Of a stretch of 64,000 nucleotides of DNA, positions 26,340 to 36,900 are shown in pieces (position 1 is the first letter of the stretch; every line of letters starts with the position of its first letter). Under the pieces are notes generated by a model. That model ran no database searches. It had not been told where the DNA came from and saw only the letters and a program-made list of their open reading frames with translations. The DNA is from an uncultured virus (IMG/VR IMGVR_UViG_3300016471_000493) (taxonomy: Duplodnaviria > Heunggongvirae > Uroviricota > Caudoviricetes): IMG/VR virus record IMGVR_UViG_3300016471_000493. One strand, given 5' to 3'. The position numbers and the translations under genes were made by a program.

Positions 26340-29300
26340 ATGTTTTGTAAAAAAACCACATTAAAAAATAATTCATTAAAAATTAGTGTTATAAGTTACA
26401 GTAGATGTTCTGATAACCTGACAATTGAAAATCAGTTAGTAAATCCAGGTGATAGTGTTAATATTTGGTATATTGATGGAACACTAAAAACGGCCGAAGA
26501 ACAACAAGTTTTAACTAATACTGATTTTTTTCCACCTTTTACCGCCTCTAGAACTGCATTACCTCTGCCAACACCAAACCAAACACCAGTAAACACTCAA
26601 ACACCAACAAACACTAAAACACCAACAAAAACTCAAACACCAACAAACACTGTTACGTCAACACCACCAGTTTCAGGTACTAATTTTGCAACACCAACAC
26701 CAACAAAAACTGTTGCGCCAACAAAAACTGTTACGCCAACAAACACTGTTACGTCAACACCACCAGTTTCAGGTACTAATTTTGTAACACCAACACCAAC
26801 ACCAACAAAAACTGTTACGTCAACACCACCAGTTTCAGGTACTAATTTTGTAACACCAACACCAACACCAACAAAAACTGTTACGTCAACACCGCTAGTT
26901 TCAGGTACTAATTTTGTAACACCAACACCAACACCAACAAAAACTGTTACGCCAACAAAAACTGTTACGCCAACGCCAACAAGTAGTGGGTCTACTCGAA
27001 CATTTAGGTCAAAGTGGGTTACTGAAGACTCAAATCAAATAATTTATTTACCACTTGTAAGTGATGGTGACTATAATTTTAATGTCAATTGGGGGGACAA
27101 TTCCGTAGATACCATCACCAATCACACTCAAAATTCTCACACATATACAAATCCAGGTGTGTACACAATTTCAATCACTGGGACTATAAAAGGCTGGAGT
27201 TTTTTATCGGCGAGTACAAGCAATATATCTATCGTGGAGGTTTTAGAATGGGGGCCGTTACAAATTAATAATGGGTCGACTCAAATTATCGGAGCCTTTT
27301 CTAGTTGTAGAAGATGTGAATTTTCAGGAGTCACTGATGTTTTAAATATGAATGGAGTAACTAAATGTGATTCGTGGTTTGCTAATTGTTTTGAAGAGTC
27401 TAGAACAAACGAAGTCCAGAATTCAGGGTTAATTAACAATATTGGCCAATGGGACATGAAGGATGTAACAAGTATGAGAGGTATGTTTCAAGGTTCTAAT
27501 TATTTTAATGATTCAGAAATTGGAAATTGGAATGTATCTAATGTTACTGATTTATTTTTGTTTTTAGGACGTTTTGGTAGTGCCCCCTCTGGGTTGAGCG
27601 TCTATCCAATTTTTAATCAATCATTAAATAATTGGAATGTAAGTAATGTTACAAATATACAGAATATGTTTATTAATTGTCCTGATTTTAATCAACCATT
27701 AGATAATTGGAATGTATGTAATGTAACTGGAGCAACAGGCTTTTTGAATATTCAACCAAATCGTATTTCATCGGGTGGTACATTCAATCAAAACTTAAGT
27801 AATTGGAAAATGCCATTAATTCAGTCAAGGCCTATAAATTTCGGGACAAATCAGCCGTCTTTGAGTGCTACAACAAATAATCAAAATTTACCAAAATTTG
27901 GTACATGTTGTATCAATACATATAATATCCTTCAAGATTGTTGTTCTAAACAACAACAGAACAACTATCCCCCTACTTACTTGAGTATTGTTAAAACAGA
28001 CGAGATAAATCAGATAGGTTATGGAATTATTCATAATAATATTTATTGGGAAGTAATAAGAACATCTTGCATAAGTAGTGGTACTACTATTGATTATTTA
28101 GGCGGATTTACGGGGCCTAATTATTGTAATGATTTGAATCCATCAGCAATACCAAACTATTGTCCAAATAGTATAACACAAACACCGTCAAATACACCTA
28201 CAATAACACCAACACCAACACCCACTAAATTACCTAATGGTACACCGCCACCAACACCAGACGTAACAAATACACCAACCCTTACTAATACTATAACACC
28301 AACAAACGCATTTAATGCCGGCTCATTTGTGTTTGATATTAAAACAACTCAACAAAACACCCTTTTTGTTCTTCCTTTAGTCATTAATGGTCTTTATGAT
28401 TTTAGTGTAAATTGGGGGGATGGGTCGCAAATAGAAACTATACAAACTGCCTCTAGCCCACGCTCACACTCGTATGCGTCTTCCGGAGTTTTTCGAATAA
28501 TAATAAATGGAAATCTTCAGGGCTTTAGTTTTGATAATAGTCCATCTGCTCAATATTTAGAAAATATAGTACAATGGGGGTCGGTTAATTTGTTTTCTGT
28601 TAATAATACTAATATTGATTCTCAATTTCGAGGGTGTATTAATTTAAAGACTATTAATTGCCCAGATACCCCCCGAATTTTGGGAACTAACCTGAGCCTG
28701 AGAAATGTATTCAATAATTGTGCTTCGCTTACCACAATTAATAGATTGAATGACTGGAATGTAAGTGGCGTAACAAATATGCAGAATATGTTTGGCCTGT
28801 GTACAAATTTCAACTCACCATTAAATAGCTGGAATGTGAGTAATGTTACAAATATGTCTTATATGTTTGCGAGTTGTCGTAACTTCAATCAACCATTAAG
28901 TAATTGGAATGTGAGTAATGTGACAAATATGACTCAGATGTTTGCGAGTTGTAGTAACTTCAATCAACCATTAAATAATTGGAATGTGAGTAATGTGACA
29001 AATATGTCTGATATGTTTAATAGATGTTCACGCTTCAACCAACCATTAAGTGGTTGGAATGTGTGTAATGTTATAAATATGTTTAATATGTTTGGATATT
29101 GTGAGGTATATGACCAAAACATTTCGACTTGGAAATTACCAAATATATCAACAAAACCATCAGGATTTGACACTAATACACCAGTATCTTGGGACTCGAG
29201 TGAAAAACCTCAATGGGGAGTAAGTTGTAGTGGGCCTGTTAATCCAGTAACAACTGGTTTTATAACTAGTAGTATAGATAATATAAGTGGAAACGTTGGA

Positions 29301-29744
29301 GACGTTGTTGAGTTGTCGGTATTTATTATTATACCACCAAACACAACCTTGAGTGCGTTTGATATAGTAATTGATTTTGATTCGGAAAGTTTATCTGGAG
29401 CTACTTTTCCAAATTCAATAACTTCAACAGCTTTTTGGTGGAACAATGGACAGGGCTTGGCTAATATTGCAACACCTCAAACCACTCCACTCCCTAATGG
29501 CCAATTTACTTCACCAACTAGAAAACAATTCTTATCTAATTGGGTTAATGTGAATCCAGCCACTAACTATAATGGTGTTTTATTTAAAATTTATTTTAAA
29601 ATTCTACGACCAGGACTTCATATTTTAACTTTTTATGCCCCACAAAATTATGGTACAAACTTTATTTATGGTACAAACTTTAGTGATGAATATGGAGATC
29701 CTTTAACGTTTAATCTTAATGATGGTAGTATAACAGGTACCTAA
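26340..29744 (+). CDS. Large surface/virion protein: Thr/Pro tracts, two PKD-like + DUF285/BspA-type repeat blocks, and a C-terminal cohesin-like domain
   Basis: VNWGD..H.Y...GVY.I.I.G occurs twice; [25 protein letters not shown] 25-aa repeats; C-terminal [38 protein letters not shown]. Confidence 0.75.
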   Translation: MFCKKTTLKNNSLKISVISYSRCSDNLTIENQLVNPGDSVNIWYIDGTLKTAEEQQVLTNTDFFPPFTASRTALPLPTPNQTPVNTQTPTNTKTPTKTQTPTNTVTSTPPVSGTNFATPTPTKTVAPTKTVTPTNTVTSTPPVSGTNFVTPTPTPTKTVTSTPPVSGTNFVTPTPTPTKTVTSTPLVSGTNFVTPTPTPTKTVTPTKTVTPTPTSSGSTRTFRSKWVTEDSNQIIYLPLVSDGDYNFNVNWGDNSVDTITNHTQNSHTYTNPGVYTISITGTIKGWSFLSASTSNISIVEVLEWGPLQINNGSTQIIGAFSSCRRCEFSGVTDVLNMNGVTKCDSWFANCFEESRTNEVQNSGLINNIGQWDMKDVTSMRGMFQGSNYFNDSEIGNWNVSNVTDLFLFLGRFGSAPSGLSVYPIFNQSLNNWNVSNVTNIQNMFINCPDFNQPLDNWNVCNVTGATGFLNIQPNRISSGGTFNQNLSNWKMPLIQSRPINFGTNQPSLSATTNNQNLPKFGTCCINTYNILQDCCSKQQQNNYPPTYLSIVKTDEINQIGYGIIHNNIYWEVIRTSCISSGTTIDYLGGFTGPNYCNDLNPSAIPNYCPNSITQTPSNTPTITPTPTPTKLPNGTPPPTPDVTNTPTLTNTITPTNAFNAGSFVFDIKTTQQNTLFVLPLVINGLYDFSVNWGDGSQIETIQTASSPRSHSYASSGVFRIIINGNLQGFSFDNSPSAQYLENIVQWGSVNLFSVNNTNIDSQFRGCINLKTINCPDTPRILGTNLSLRNVFNNCASLTTINRLNDWNVSGVTNMQNMFGLCTNFNSPLNSWNVSNVTNMSYMFASCRNFNQPLSNWNVSNVTNMTQMFASCSNFNQPLNNWNVSNVTNMSDMFNRCSRFNQPLSGWNVCNVINMFNMFGYCEVYDQNISTWKLPNISTKPSGFDTNTPVSWDSSEKPQWGVSCSGPVNPVTTGFITSSIDNISGNVGDVVELSVFIIIPPNTTLSAFDIVIDFDSESLSGATFPNSITSTAFWWNNGQGLANIATPQTTPLPNGQFTSPTRKQFLSNWVNVNPATNYNGVLFKIYFKILRPGLHILTFYAPQNYGTNFIYGTNFSDEYGDPLTFNLNDGSITGT
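26570..26985 (+). repeat. Coding tandem repeats ([22 protein letters not shown], 66-bp unit, plus shorter TPT units)
   Basis: tcaacaccaccagtttcaggtactaattttg, or a one-mismatch variant, recurs four times. Confidence 0.9.
28755..29130 (+). repeat. 75-bp DUF285-type coding repeats
   Basis: tggaatgtgagtaatgt..aaatatg...atgttt...ttcaatcaaccattaa recurring with a 75-nt period. Confidence 0.85.
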
Positions 29745-29750
29745 AAACTT

Positions 29751-30866
29751 ATGACTATTATAAAAGAACCAGAAAGAAGTAAAATTTACAAGAGAATTTA
29801 TAATCTCTTGGGTGCTCCGTTACGTTCCGTAGAATTGACAGATGAAATGATGGATTCACTAATGGAACTTTCAATTGGAGATTATACTCAATATGTTCAA
29901 GATTGGTTAATAGAATCACAGTGGACTTCATTGTATGGTCTGAATTTAGATACACAATCCGTCGCAAATGCGCTTGTGAGAAGATCATTGGATTGGGAAA
30001 CTCAATATACCTATGCCTACTCAAAAATTGTTGGGCTTCAAAACTCAGGACCTTGGGTACTTAAAAAAGATTATTTTCAGTTACAACAAAATCAACAAAT
30101 CTATGAAATACCAGCAGGAAGAGAACTCAATGAATTACTTTGGTTTTCACCATCTGAACAAAATAGTATATTCTTTGACCCATGGTCTTTTGGAGCTCTT
30201 GGAGGACCTGGTATAGGTGGGCCTGGTGGATTTGCTCAACCTGGATGGGGAGGAGGAGGATATTTCTTTTTTTCATCATATGATGTTTTAGCTAGACTTC
30301 AAGACATCAATATCAAACGTAGGTTAATACAACCTGATGTACAATACAGAGTCACGGCATTACCTGGGGGTAAAAAAGCTGTAATGTTATACAACACACC
30401 TGGTGGAAAATTTGATTTTGGAAATTCGGAATTGATGAGAGGTAAAGTGTGGTACTGGTATTATGACACAAACGATGTTGATAGAGATCAGTGTCTAAAA
30501 GATAATCCAGACATTGTTAAATTACCTTCAGATATTCCATTAGATGCGCTTTCTTGGCAGGATTTGAATGATCCTGCACAACAATGGGTCAGAAGATGGT
30601 TGACCGCCTATGCAAAAGAAACTTTAGCTAGAGTTAGGGGTAAATTTAGTGGAAACTTAAAAACACCCGATAGTGAATTACAAATGGACTACACCTCACT
30701 CTCTACCGAAGCAAAAGATGAAAAACAAATACTTTTAGAAGAATTAACAAAAAGGTTAGAAAGATTAAGACCTGAGTTTATAATGAAAAGAGAGTCTGAA
30801 ATTGCTACAGATCTAAATACACAACTAAAGTTTAGAGCATTTCCAATACCAATAACAACAGTTTAA
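29751..30866 (+). CDS. Neck / head-tail adaptor protein (T4 gp13-like)
   Basis: LLGAPLRSVELT; QWVRRWLTAYAKETLARVRGKFSG; ending FPIPITTV. Confidence 0.75.
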   Translation: MTIIKEPERSKIYKRIYNLLGAPLRSVELTDEMMDSLMELSIGDYTQYVQDWLIESQWTSLYGLNLDTQSVANALVRRSLDWETQYTYAYSKIVGLQNSGPWVLKKDYFQLQQNQQIYEIPAGRELNELLWFSPSEQNSIFFDPWSFGALGGPGIGGPGGFAQPGWGGGGYFFFSSYDVLARLQDINIKRRLIQPDVQYRVTALPGGKKAVMLYNTPGGKFDFGNSELMRGKVWYWYYDTNDVDRDQCLKDNPDIVKLPSDIPLDALSWQDLNDPAQQWVRRWLTAYAKETLARVRGKFSGNLKTPDSELQMDYTSLSTEAKDEKQILLEELTKRLERLRPEFIMKRESEIATDLNTQLKFRAFPIPITTV

Positions 30867-30869
30867 AAT

Positions 30870-31205
30870 ATGGCCATTGTAAGATCGATACCTAGTGAAA
30901 AAATAATCAACGGTATACAAGTTAAAACTTCAGAATTAGCAGTTGTTTCAGAGGAAACATATACCACAAATGGTGAATATGCAATTGTGGTTAAAGATGT
31001 TAAAAATTCTACAATAAAACTAAATAGTCAAACCACGGATAGAATTAAAATAAAAGCAATAACAAATGTCTTGATTATACCAGATAAAAATAAAATCGAT
31101 GAACATTGGGACGAAATTCAAATAGAAAAAGGCGCCTGTATTGAGTTAGTTTTCATATATCACAATTGGTACATACTTTCTTCTGATGGTGTTAAACTTT
31201 GGTGA
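30870..31205 (+). CDS. Hypothetical beta-rich protein, probably structural
   Basis: 111-aa ORF co-transcribed with the neck gene; ends IELVFIYHNWYILSSDG. Confidence 0.55.
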   Translation: MAIVRSIPSEKIINGIQVKTSELAVVSEETYTTNGEYAIVVKDVKNSTIKLNSQTTDRIKIKAITNVLIIPDKNKIDEHWDEIQIEKGACIELVFIYHNWYILSSDGVKLW

Positions 31206-33916
31206 TGAATATAACTCTCCCATCCAATTTCTGCTAAATCGTAGATATAGTTCGGATTCACTCCTCTTCTTTTCCAAAAAGAAATTTCCTGTTCAGTAAT
31301 TTCTAATACATCTTTTTCTAAACTATCTTGATCTGTTTCATTAAAAGGTTGACCATTTATTAGTTCACATTGAAGAGTTGTAAAATAATCTCGTTTTTCA
31401 GGATCGGTTATTAACAAGATATCTCGTACTTCTGGTTTGAAAACAACTAAAAGTGGTTCGATACGTTTGTTAAATACTGAAATAGCTCTAGGTACATTGT
31501 ATTCACCTGTAAGGTTTGGATTATTGTCAATGTCATTTTGACTCACTAAATAACAATTCAATGTGATAGTATCTCCTTTTTTTACTACATCGCCCTGTGA
31601 AATCTTAGTTCCATTATTGACGTAATAAATAACATCTCCAAGATTGACATTCATATTATTTCGAATGACAAGTTCCATATGTGCTTGTCGAGACATAAGA
31701 TTACCGGCCTTGGTTTTTTGTTTACACCTTTCCTCGTATTCTTTAATACTCTGTTTTATTTTTCCTCTTTGTGCAATTTTAACGAGAGGTATTTCTTTGT
31801 TGTAAATCTTGGTAAGATACTCATAATAAAATTCAACAAAATCCTTACCTTTACCTTGTAGAAGTAATTTTATTCCTTTATCCAAAAAATCCTCAATATA
31901 CCCTGGTAGTTTTTTGGATTTAATTGTATTTCCTACTAATTTAATTTTACCTTTTTCAGTCAAAAGTGCATAGTTTTTTCTCGCAATATTAATACAACTC
32001 GGCCAGACACCATCATTATCTAAAGCCATTTCACCGCGCATGAATATATCGTTGTATTCGGCAATGTCTGCCGCCGCTCCTTTATATTCCTTACCTTTTT
32101 TAACTTTCCAATTATTACCTCTACCAATGTAAACCCTGTCTTCAACACCTTTAGGTGCTGAGAAGTTGATACCATCGGTGTCCATGACGAGAGGTTCATA
32201 CCCACGAGCCATAAAAAATTTTGTCATTTGACGTAGGTATTGTCGTCCTGTACAAGTTATTTGTTCTCCCATATACATGTCACCCCAAGCGAAAACTTGA
32301 GGAGCTGACAGAGCTCCAAACATACTGTTGATGAATATTTTGATAGGTAATTGTTTTCTATCGTAAGATTTGGCTTTCTTAGAATCTGATTCTGAAAATT
32401 CTTCGGCAAGTTGTTTGTATAAAATACGAGTATCACGAAAATACTTTAGAAATCCTCTAAGAGCTCCTGTTACATCACAATCGGGAAAAACTTCGTGTAC
32501 TAATTGAATGGACGGATAAAGTGAACTAAAGTCAAGTTTAAGAACATTTGTAGAATACCCAACCTTAATTAAACGTGACAAACCACCTACAAAATCTTTT
32601 TTCTCTTGTTTTTTAGGAATAGCAAGTTTGTGTTTATAAGACCAAGCAAGCATAATCATTTTCCACAAAGTTGCAGTGCCCATAGTTGATACTCTTTCAT
32701 ATGTGGTTGGAACCAATGATGCGAGCAGAAAAGAACCTTGATTAAACTCTTCATCCACTCGAAGCGTTTCATCCAAGTCATCGTCAAGATACATCTCAAC
32801 GATTTTGTCACCTGTTACTTTTTCATAAACAGAAGGAAATCTTTTATCCAAATTTTCGAATTCAGGAATGTCAGTTCTTTTATATTTCCCATTGTTAATA
32901 TTCAACCAATATTCCTCTTTCTTTTCATACATCTTACCAATGTTCTGATGGTCTATGTAAATACGATTTGGACTTTCTAATTCCAAGTATTGAGTAATGT
33001 ATTTAAGACCCGCGCTTTTAATATTCGAATTGATCGCTTGAGCTCGTCTTACAGCGTGAAGTATATCTATCACATTATAACCCCACATACCAATTTGATT
33101 ATATTTCTCTACCTCATTGGCTAATTTTAGTAATTGTTCTTTTTGTGAAAAATGTCTTTCTGGGTTTAAGGTTATACAAATTTTTTTCATATCTAACCCC
33201 AAAGCCTTTGACCGTTCGATGATCCAATGCCAGTCAAAGTTAAAACTATTATATCCAGCAATAATACTCGGATTTAGTTTATGAATTGTTCTAAAAAATT
33301 CAATCAATCCTTGTTTCTCTTGTTCTTCAGTAAGACATTCAATCACTTGATGAAAACCTTTGTTTGTTTTCATACCAATCATAAAAATACGGCCATCTTT
33401 TGGATCGAGCGAGGTAGTCTCTAAGTCAAATACAAATCGAGTAATATCATTGTATTCTTCATAACCTTTAAACAGTCTTTTTTCTTTTTGTATAAGATAT
33501 TGCTCAACTGGTGGTAAGAGTAGAAATTGGTCTTTTGCCACATCACTCCAAGGATCTATACCACCCTCACGAAAAAATTGAATTAAGTTTCTGTATCCTT
33601 TGAGTGATTTTACAATAAAAGTAAGACCTTGATTTAATCTTTCATTGTCATAAGTTTCTAATTTTTCAATCAGAATTTTATGTTTAGACATCGCTTCTTT
33701 TTGGTTGGTTTTAGATCCTTTGTAGAAATTTAAACTACGTAGATCACCAACCCAACAGAAAGGTATAAATGTATCTCTTACGATTTCTTTTCCCTTACCA
33801 GGGATTTCTTTAATCTTATAGATTTCTTCTGTAGCATAATCGAATTCCAAAGCTACAATATACTGTTCTAGGTCATTGCCTTCTAAAAAACTTTTAATTT
33901 CGTCTTTAGTGATCAC
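31160..33916 (-). CDS. polB: Family B DNA polymerase
   Basis: Exonuclease motifs FDLET and GYNSFNFDW; polymerase motifs LDFSSLYPS, KIFINSMFG and MDTDG; no intein apparent. Confidence 0.93.
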   Translation of the reverse strand: MITKDEIKSFLEGNDLEQYIVALEFDYATEEIYKIKEIPGKGKEIVRDTFIPFCWVGDLRSLNFYKGSKTNQKEAMSKHKILIEKLETYDNERLNQGLTFIVKSLKGYRNLIQFFREGGIDPWSDVAKDQFLLLPPVEQYLIQKEKRLFKGYEEYNDITRFVFDLETTSLDPKDGRIFMIGMKTNKGFHQVIECLTEEQEKQGLIEFFRTIHKLNPSIIAGYNSFNFDWHWIIERSKALGLDMKKICITLNPERHFSQKEQLLKLANEVEKYNQIGMWGYNVIDILHAVRRAQAINSNIKSAGLKYITQYLELESPNRIYIDHQNIGKMYEKKEEYWLNINNGKYKRTDIPEFENLDKRFPSVYEKVTGDKIVEMYLDDDLDETLRVDEEFNQGSFLLASLVPTTYERVSTMGTATLWKMIMLAWSYKHKLAIPKKQEKKDFVGGLSRLIKVGYSTNVLKLDFSSLYPSIQLVHEVFPDCDVTGALRGFLKYFRDTRILYKQLAEEFSESDSKKAKSYDRKQLPIKIFINSMFGALSAPQVFAWGDMYMGEQITCTGRQYLRQMTKFFMARGYEPLVMDTDGINFSAPKGVEDRVYIGRGNNWKVKKGKEYKGAAADIAEYNDIFMRGEMALDNDGVWPSCINIARKNYALLTEKGKIKLVGNTIKSKKLPGYIEDFLDKGIKLLLQGKGKDFVEFYYEYLTKIYNKEIPLVKIAQRGKIKQSIKEYEERCKQKTKAGNLMSRQAHMELVIRNNMNVNLGDVIYYVNNGTKISQGDVVKKGDTITLNCYLVSQNDIDNNPNLTGEYNVPRAISVFNKRIEPLLVVFKPEVRDILLITDPEKRDYFTTLQCELINGQPFNETDQDSLEKDVLEITEQEISFWKRRGVNPNYIYDLAEIGWESYIHHQSLTPSEESMYQL

Positions 33917-33936
33917 TTTGGTTAAAATTTATGTCA

Positions 33937-33944
33937 CAAATATA
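33937..33944 (-). promoter_or_regulatory. Bacteroidota-type -7 promoter element (TATATTTG) upstream of polB
   Basis: Matches TAnnTTTG, 20 nt upstream of the GTG start. Confidence 0.55.
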
Positions 33945-33955
33945 CAAAAAAAAAG

Positions 33956-33993
33956 AAAAAAAAATACCCGTCTAGTAAAACGGGTATTTTTTT
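33956..33993. terminator. Intrinsic (bidirectional-type) terminator downstream of 34000..38613
   Basis: aaaaaaaatacccgt-ctagtaaa-acgggtattttttt. Confidence 0.8.
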
Positions 33994-33999
33994 ATTTGG

Positions 34000-36900
34000 T
34001 TAACAACCAACACCACATTCAGTCACACCACTATCGCCTAGTTCGACCCAAACTGATTTAGGTAACCTTTGATACGTAAAACAATCAGTAGACAAACCAA
34101 TTACGCTATAAATTTTAAGAGCAGAAATTGTAAAGTTTAAATTAGTAACTTTGTATTGTAAAATTTCTCCAGTACAACATTGATACCAAACAAATACGTT
34201 ATTTCTACAAGCCTTATTATACTCAGTTGAATTTATAAAAAATTCAAAACATGTACATCCTGCCGCTCCACCAGATACCATAACTTCTGAAATTTCAGGT
34301 AGTATTGAAACCGAACCAAAACAAGCGGTTAAATTAAATGGATTTGGGATTGGCTTATCAGAAGTAAGTGTCCAAGCACTCGGATCATTCAAAGTTAACA
34401 TAGAATTATTAAAACAACTCGTCCAAGTTATTTCAAATGGAGCCTCACCAGCTGGTGGAGATAAAATCACATACTCAACACACTCACAGCCAGGGATTGT
34501 CGAAGACGGTGTTGGAGTTATGGTTCGTGTAGGAGAGACAGTATTAGTTGGTGTCGGTTTTGGTGTCGAGCCTAAACTAGATGTTGGCGTTGCAGTTTGT
34601 GTCATTGTCGGTGTTACTGTAGGCGTTTGTGTAGACGTTGTGCTTGGTGTAGATGTTCTAGTTGGTGTAGGCGTTGGAGTCGATAGTAATGTCCTAGTTG
34701 GCGTCGGTGTCAAAGTTGCCGATAAACTAGAGCAATATGTTCCACAACCTTGGGAAATTTCAACAGAAAAACCACTAGGGCCTCCAGCTATAATAGACCA
34801 TACTGGTGTAAACCTACTACAAACGGTAGCGATAGTTGATCCTACAACTAACATCGTTATTGCTGAACCTGTATTACAATCAAAATATGTGTAAGTCACG
34901 ATAGTCCCTGGAGTACCTCCAGACACTCTATAACTTGAGCATATCTGAACCGACCCAAAACAAGTTGAGGTTACTGTTGGTAAAGGAGTATTAGAATAAG
35001 TATTTGTTGGTGTTCTAGTCAAAGTAGGAGTTGGTGTAAAAGTATTCGTAGGTGTTTGTGTTGGACTACTATTTGGACTACTAGTTAAACTTAAGGTTGG
35101 GGTTGAGGATTTTGTAACAGTTTGTGTATTAGTATTTGTCATTGTCATAGTACTAGTTGGTGTAATTGCAGGTATAGGTGTACTAGATAATGTTGCATTT
35201 GGTGTAGGAGTTGGAGTTGCAAGTGGCACACATGGTACACCAAAAGAAATCCATACATTTGGTTGAGCCGTAGGTGGTGTGAATATAAGAGTCAAATTTG
35301 TTACATTTCCTGTAAATTGAATTATACCAAATCCGTCAGCACCAAAAATAGTGTTTGTTAAAAAATTAAGAGTTAAATTGTCCAAACAATTGACATTAAA
35401 ACCAACGTTGCTTGTTATAGATCCTTGTAACCCAAATGAACCTAACCCCATAACAACCATTAAAGGATTTGCAACACTATTAGAAAATCTAATATTATAT
35501 TCTCCACTATTAGTTAACTTCAAAAATTGTTGAGATTCATTGGCCGGTTTCACTAAACAATTTAATTGAGTATAATTCGTTAATGGACCATCATAAGTTG
35601 CTGTCGCTGATAGACCTCTAATACTTATTGACGCTGTTATTCCATTATTAAAGTCAACAAAACTTCCAGATAAGAAAGATGCCCACCTAACATTAGGAAA
35701 AGAACAATCACATCTTCCGACACAATTTTGTACACCACAAGCGGATAATCTTTCCCATGTGAAACCTGATGGACCATATAACCAAGTTGGCCCTGGTTCT
35801 TGCATACAAAATGTACTACCCGCACTAGAAATATTAAGAGCTACTGTTCTCTGTTGGCTAGAAGAACAATCTGTATAATTAAAGTAGTCATATGGAAAGG
35901 TATTTGTATAAACCAATGGATCACGTATGCCGAATGCCCAAGTATAACATGGACATAATTGACAATTAGGAGTAGAAGATAGTGTCGGAGTAGGAGTTGG
36001 TGGTAAGCTACATGGTACTCCCCAAACAAAACTAGTGTAAGTTGTATTTCCTGATAACTCTAGAGTAATAAAACTATATGTTCCAGTAAATTGAACAATT
36101 AAATAAGACTCCGCACCAGAGACACCATTACTAACAGAAGAAACAGGGTTTGCATTCCAACTAGTAGCTCCTACACATGAAACTGTAAATCCTGTAGAAC
36201 CACTCATAATAGGTTCAGGGAAATCATAAGAACCTTTAAAAAATCTACATGTAGCATATGCGAAATTATTTCCTAAAGAATAAATGGCTAATTGTGGGTT
36301 TGTAAGTGCATTTGTGAAATGAAAAGTAACCATTCCGTCGCCAATTACTTGTAAACCATAGGTTGACGCAGGATTTTTATCTACACAATTTAAGTAGTCA
36401 TAAGGATATTGACAATTACAGACACCCACAATACCACTTTCTAAGGAACTAACAGTTAATTGCAAACTACTATTTTGTGGTGTCTCCCACCAACCAGTAC
36501 TAATATATGATCCATTTCTATAAAAATTCATTTGATCATAACTAAACGAATATTCTCCCCAAGACACTCCACCACAAGATGTTGGTGTTGGTGTTGGTCT
36601 AGGAGTTCTTGTTGGTGTCACATTAATACAATTAAATGGTACAGTACAACCACTTATTTGCGGTAAATAAGCGGCATTATTTGGTAGGTATGAATATAAG
36701 TTACCATCTGTATCTAAATTTGCTGTTCCTACAATCCAAGTTTGAAAAAGATAATCACAAGTAGTCAAATCTATAAACTGACTATTACCACTATACGCGG
36801 CAATCAACTGAGGGGCTGTTTGTGATGCAACATATTTAAGATTCAAATTTCTATTTGAGACTGTCATTCCATTACACCAAGAAGATGGCGCTCCAGAATT

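Noticed and set aside
31160..33916. Intein or intron in polB
   Set aside because: The polymerase motifs are at normal spacing in 918 aa, with no intein splice motifs or LAGLIDADG segment evident.
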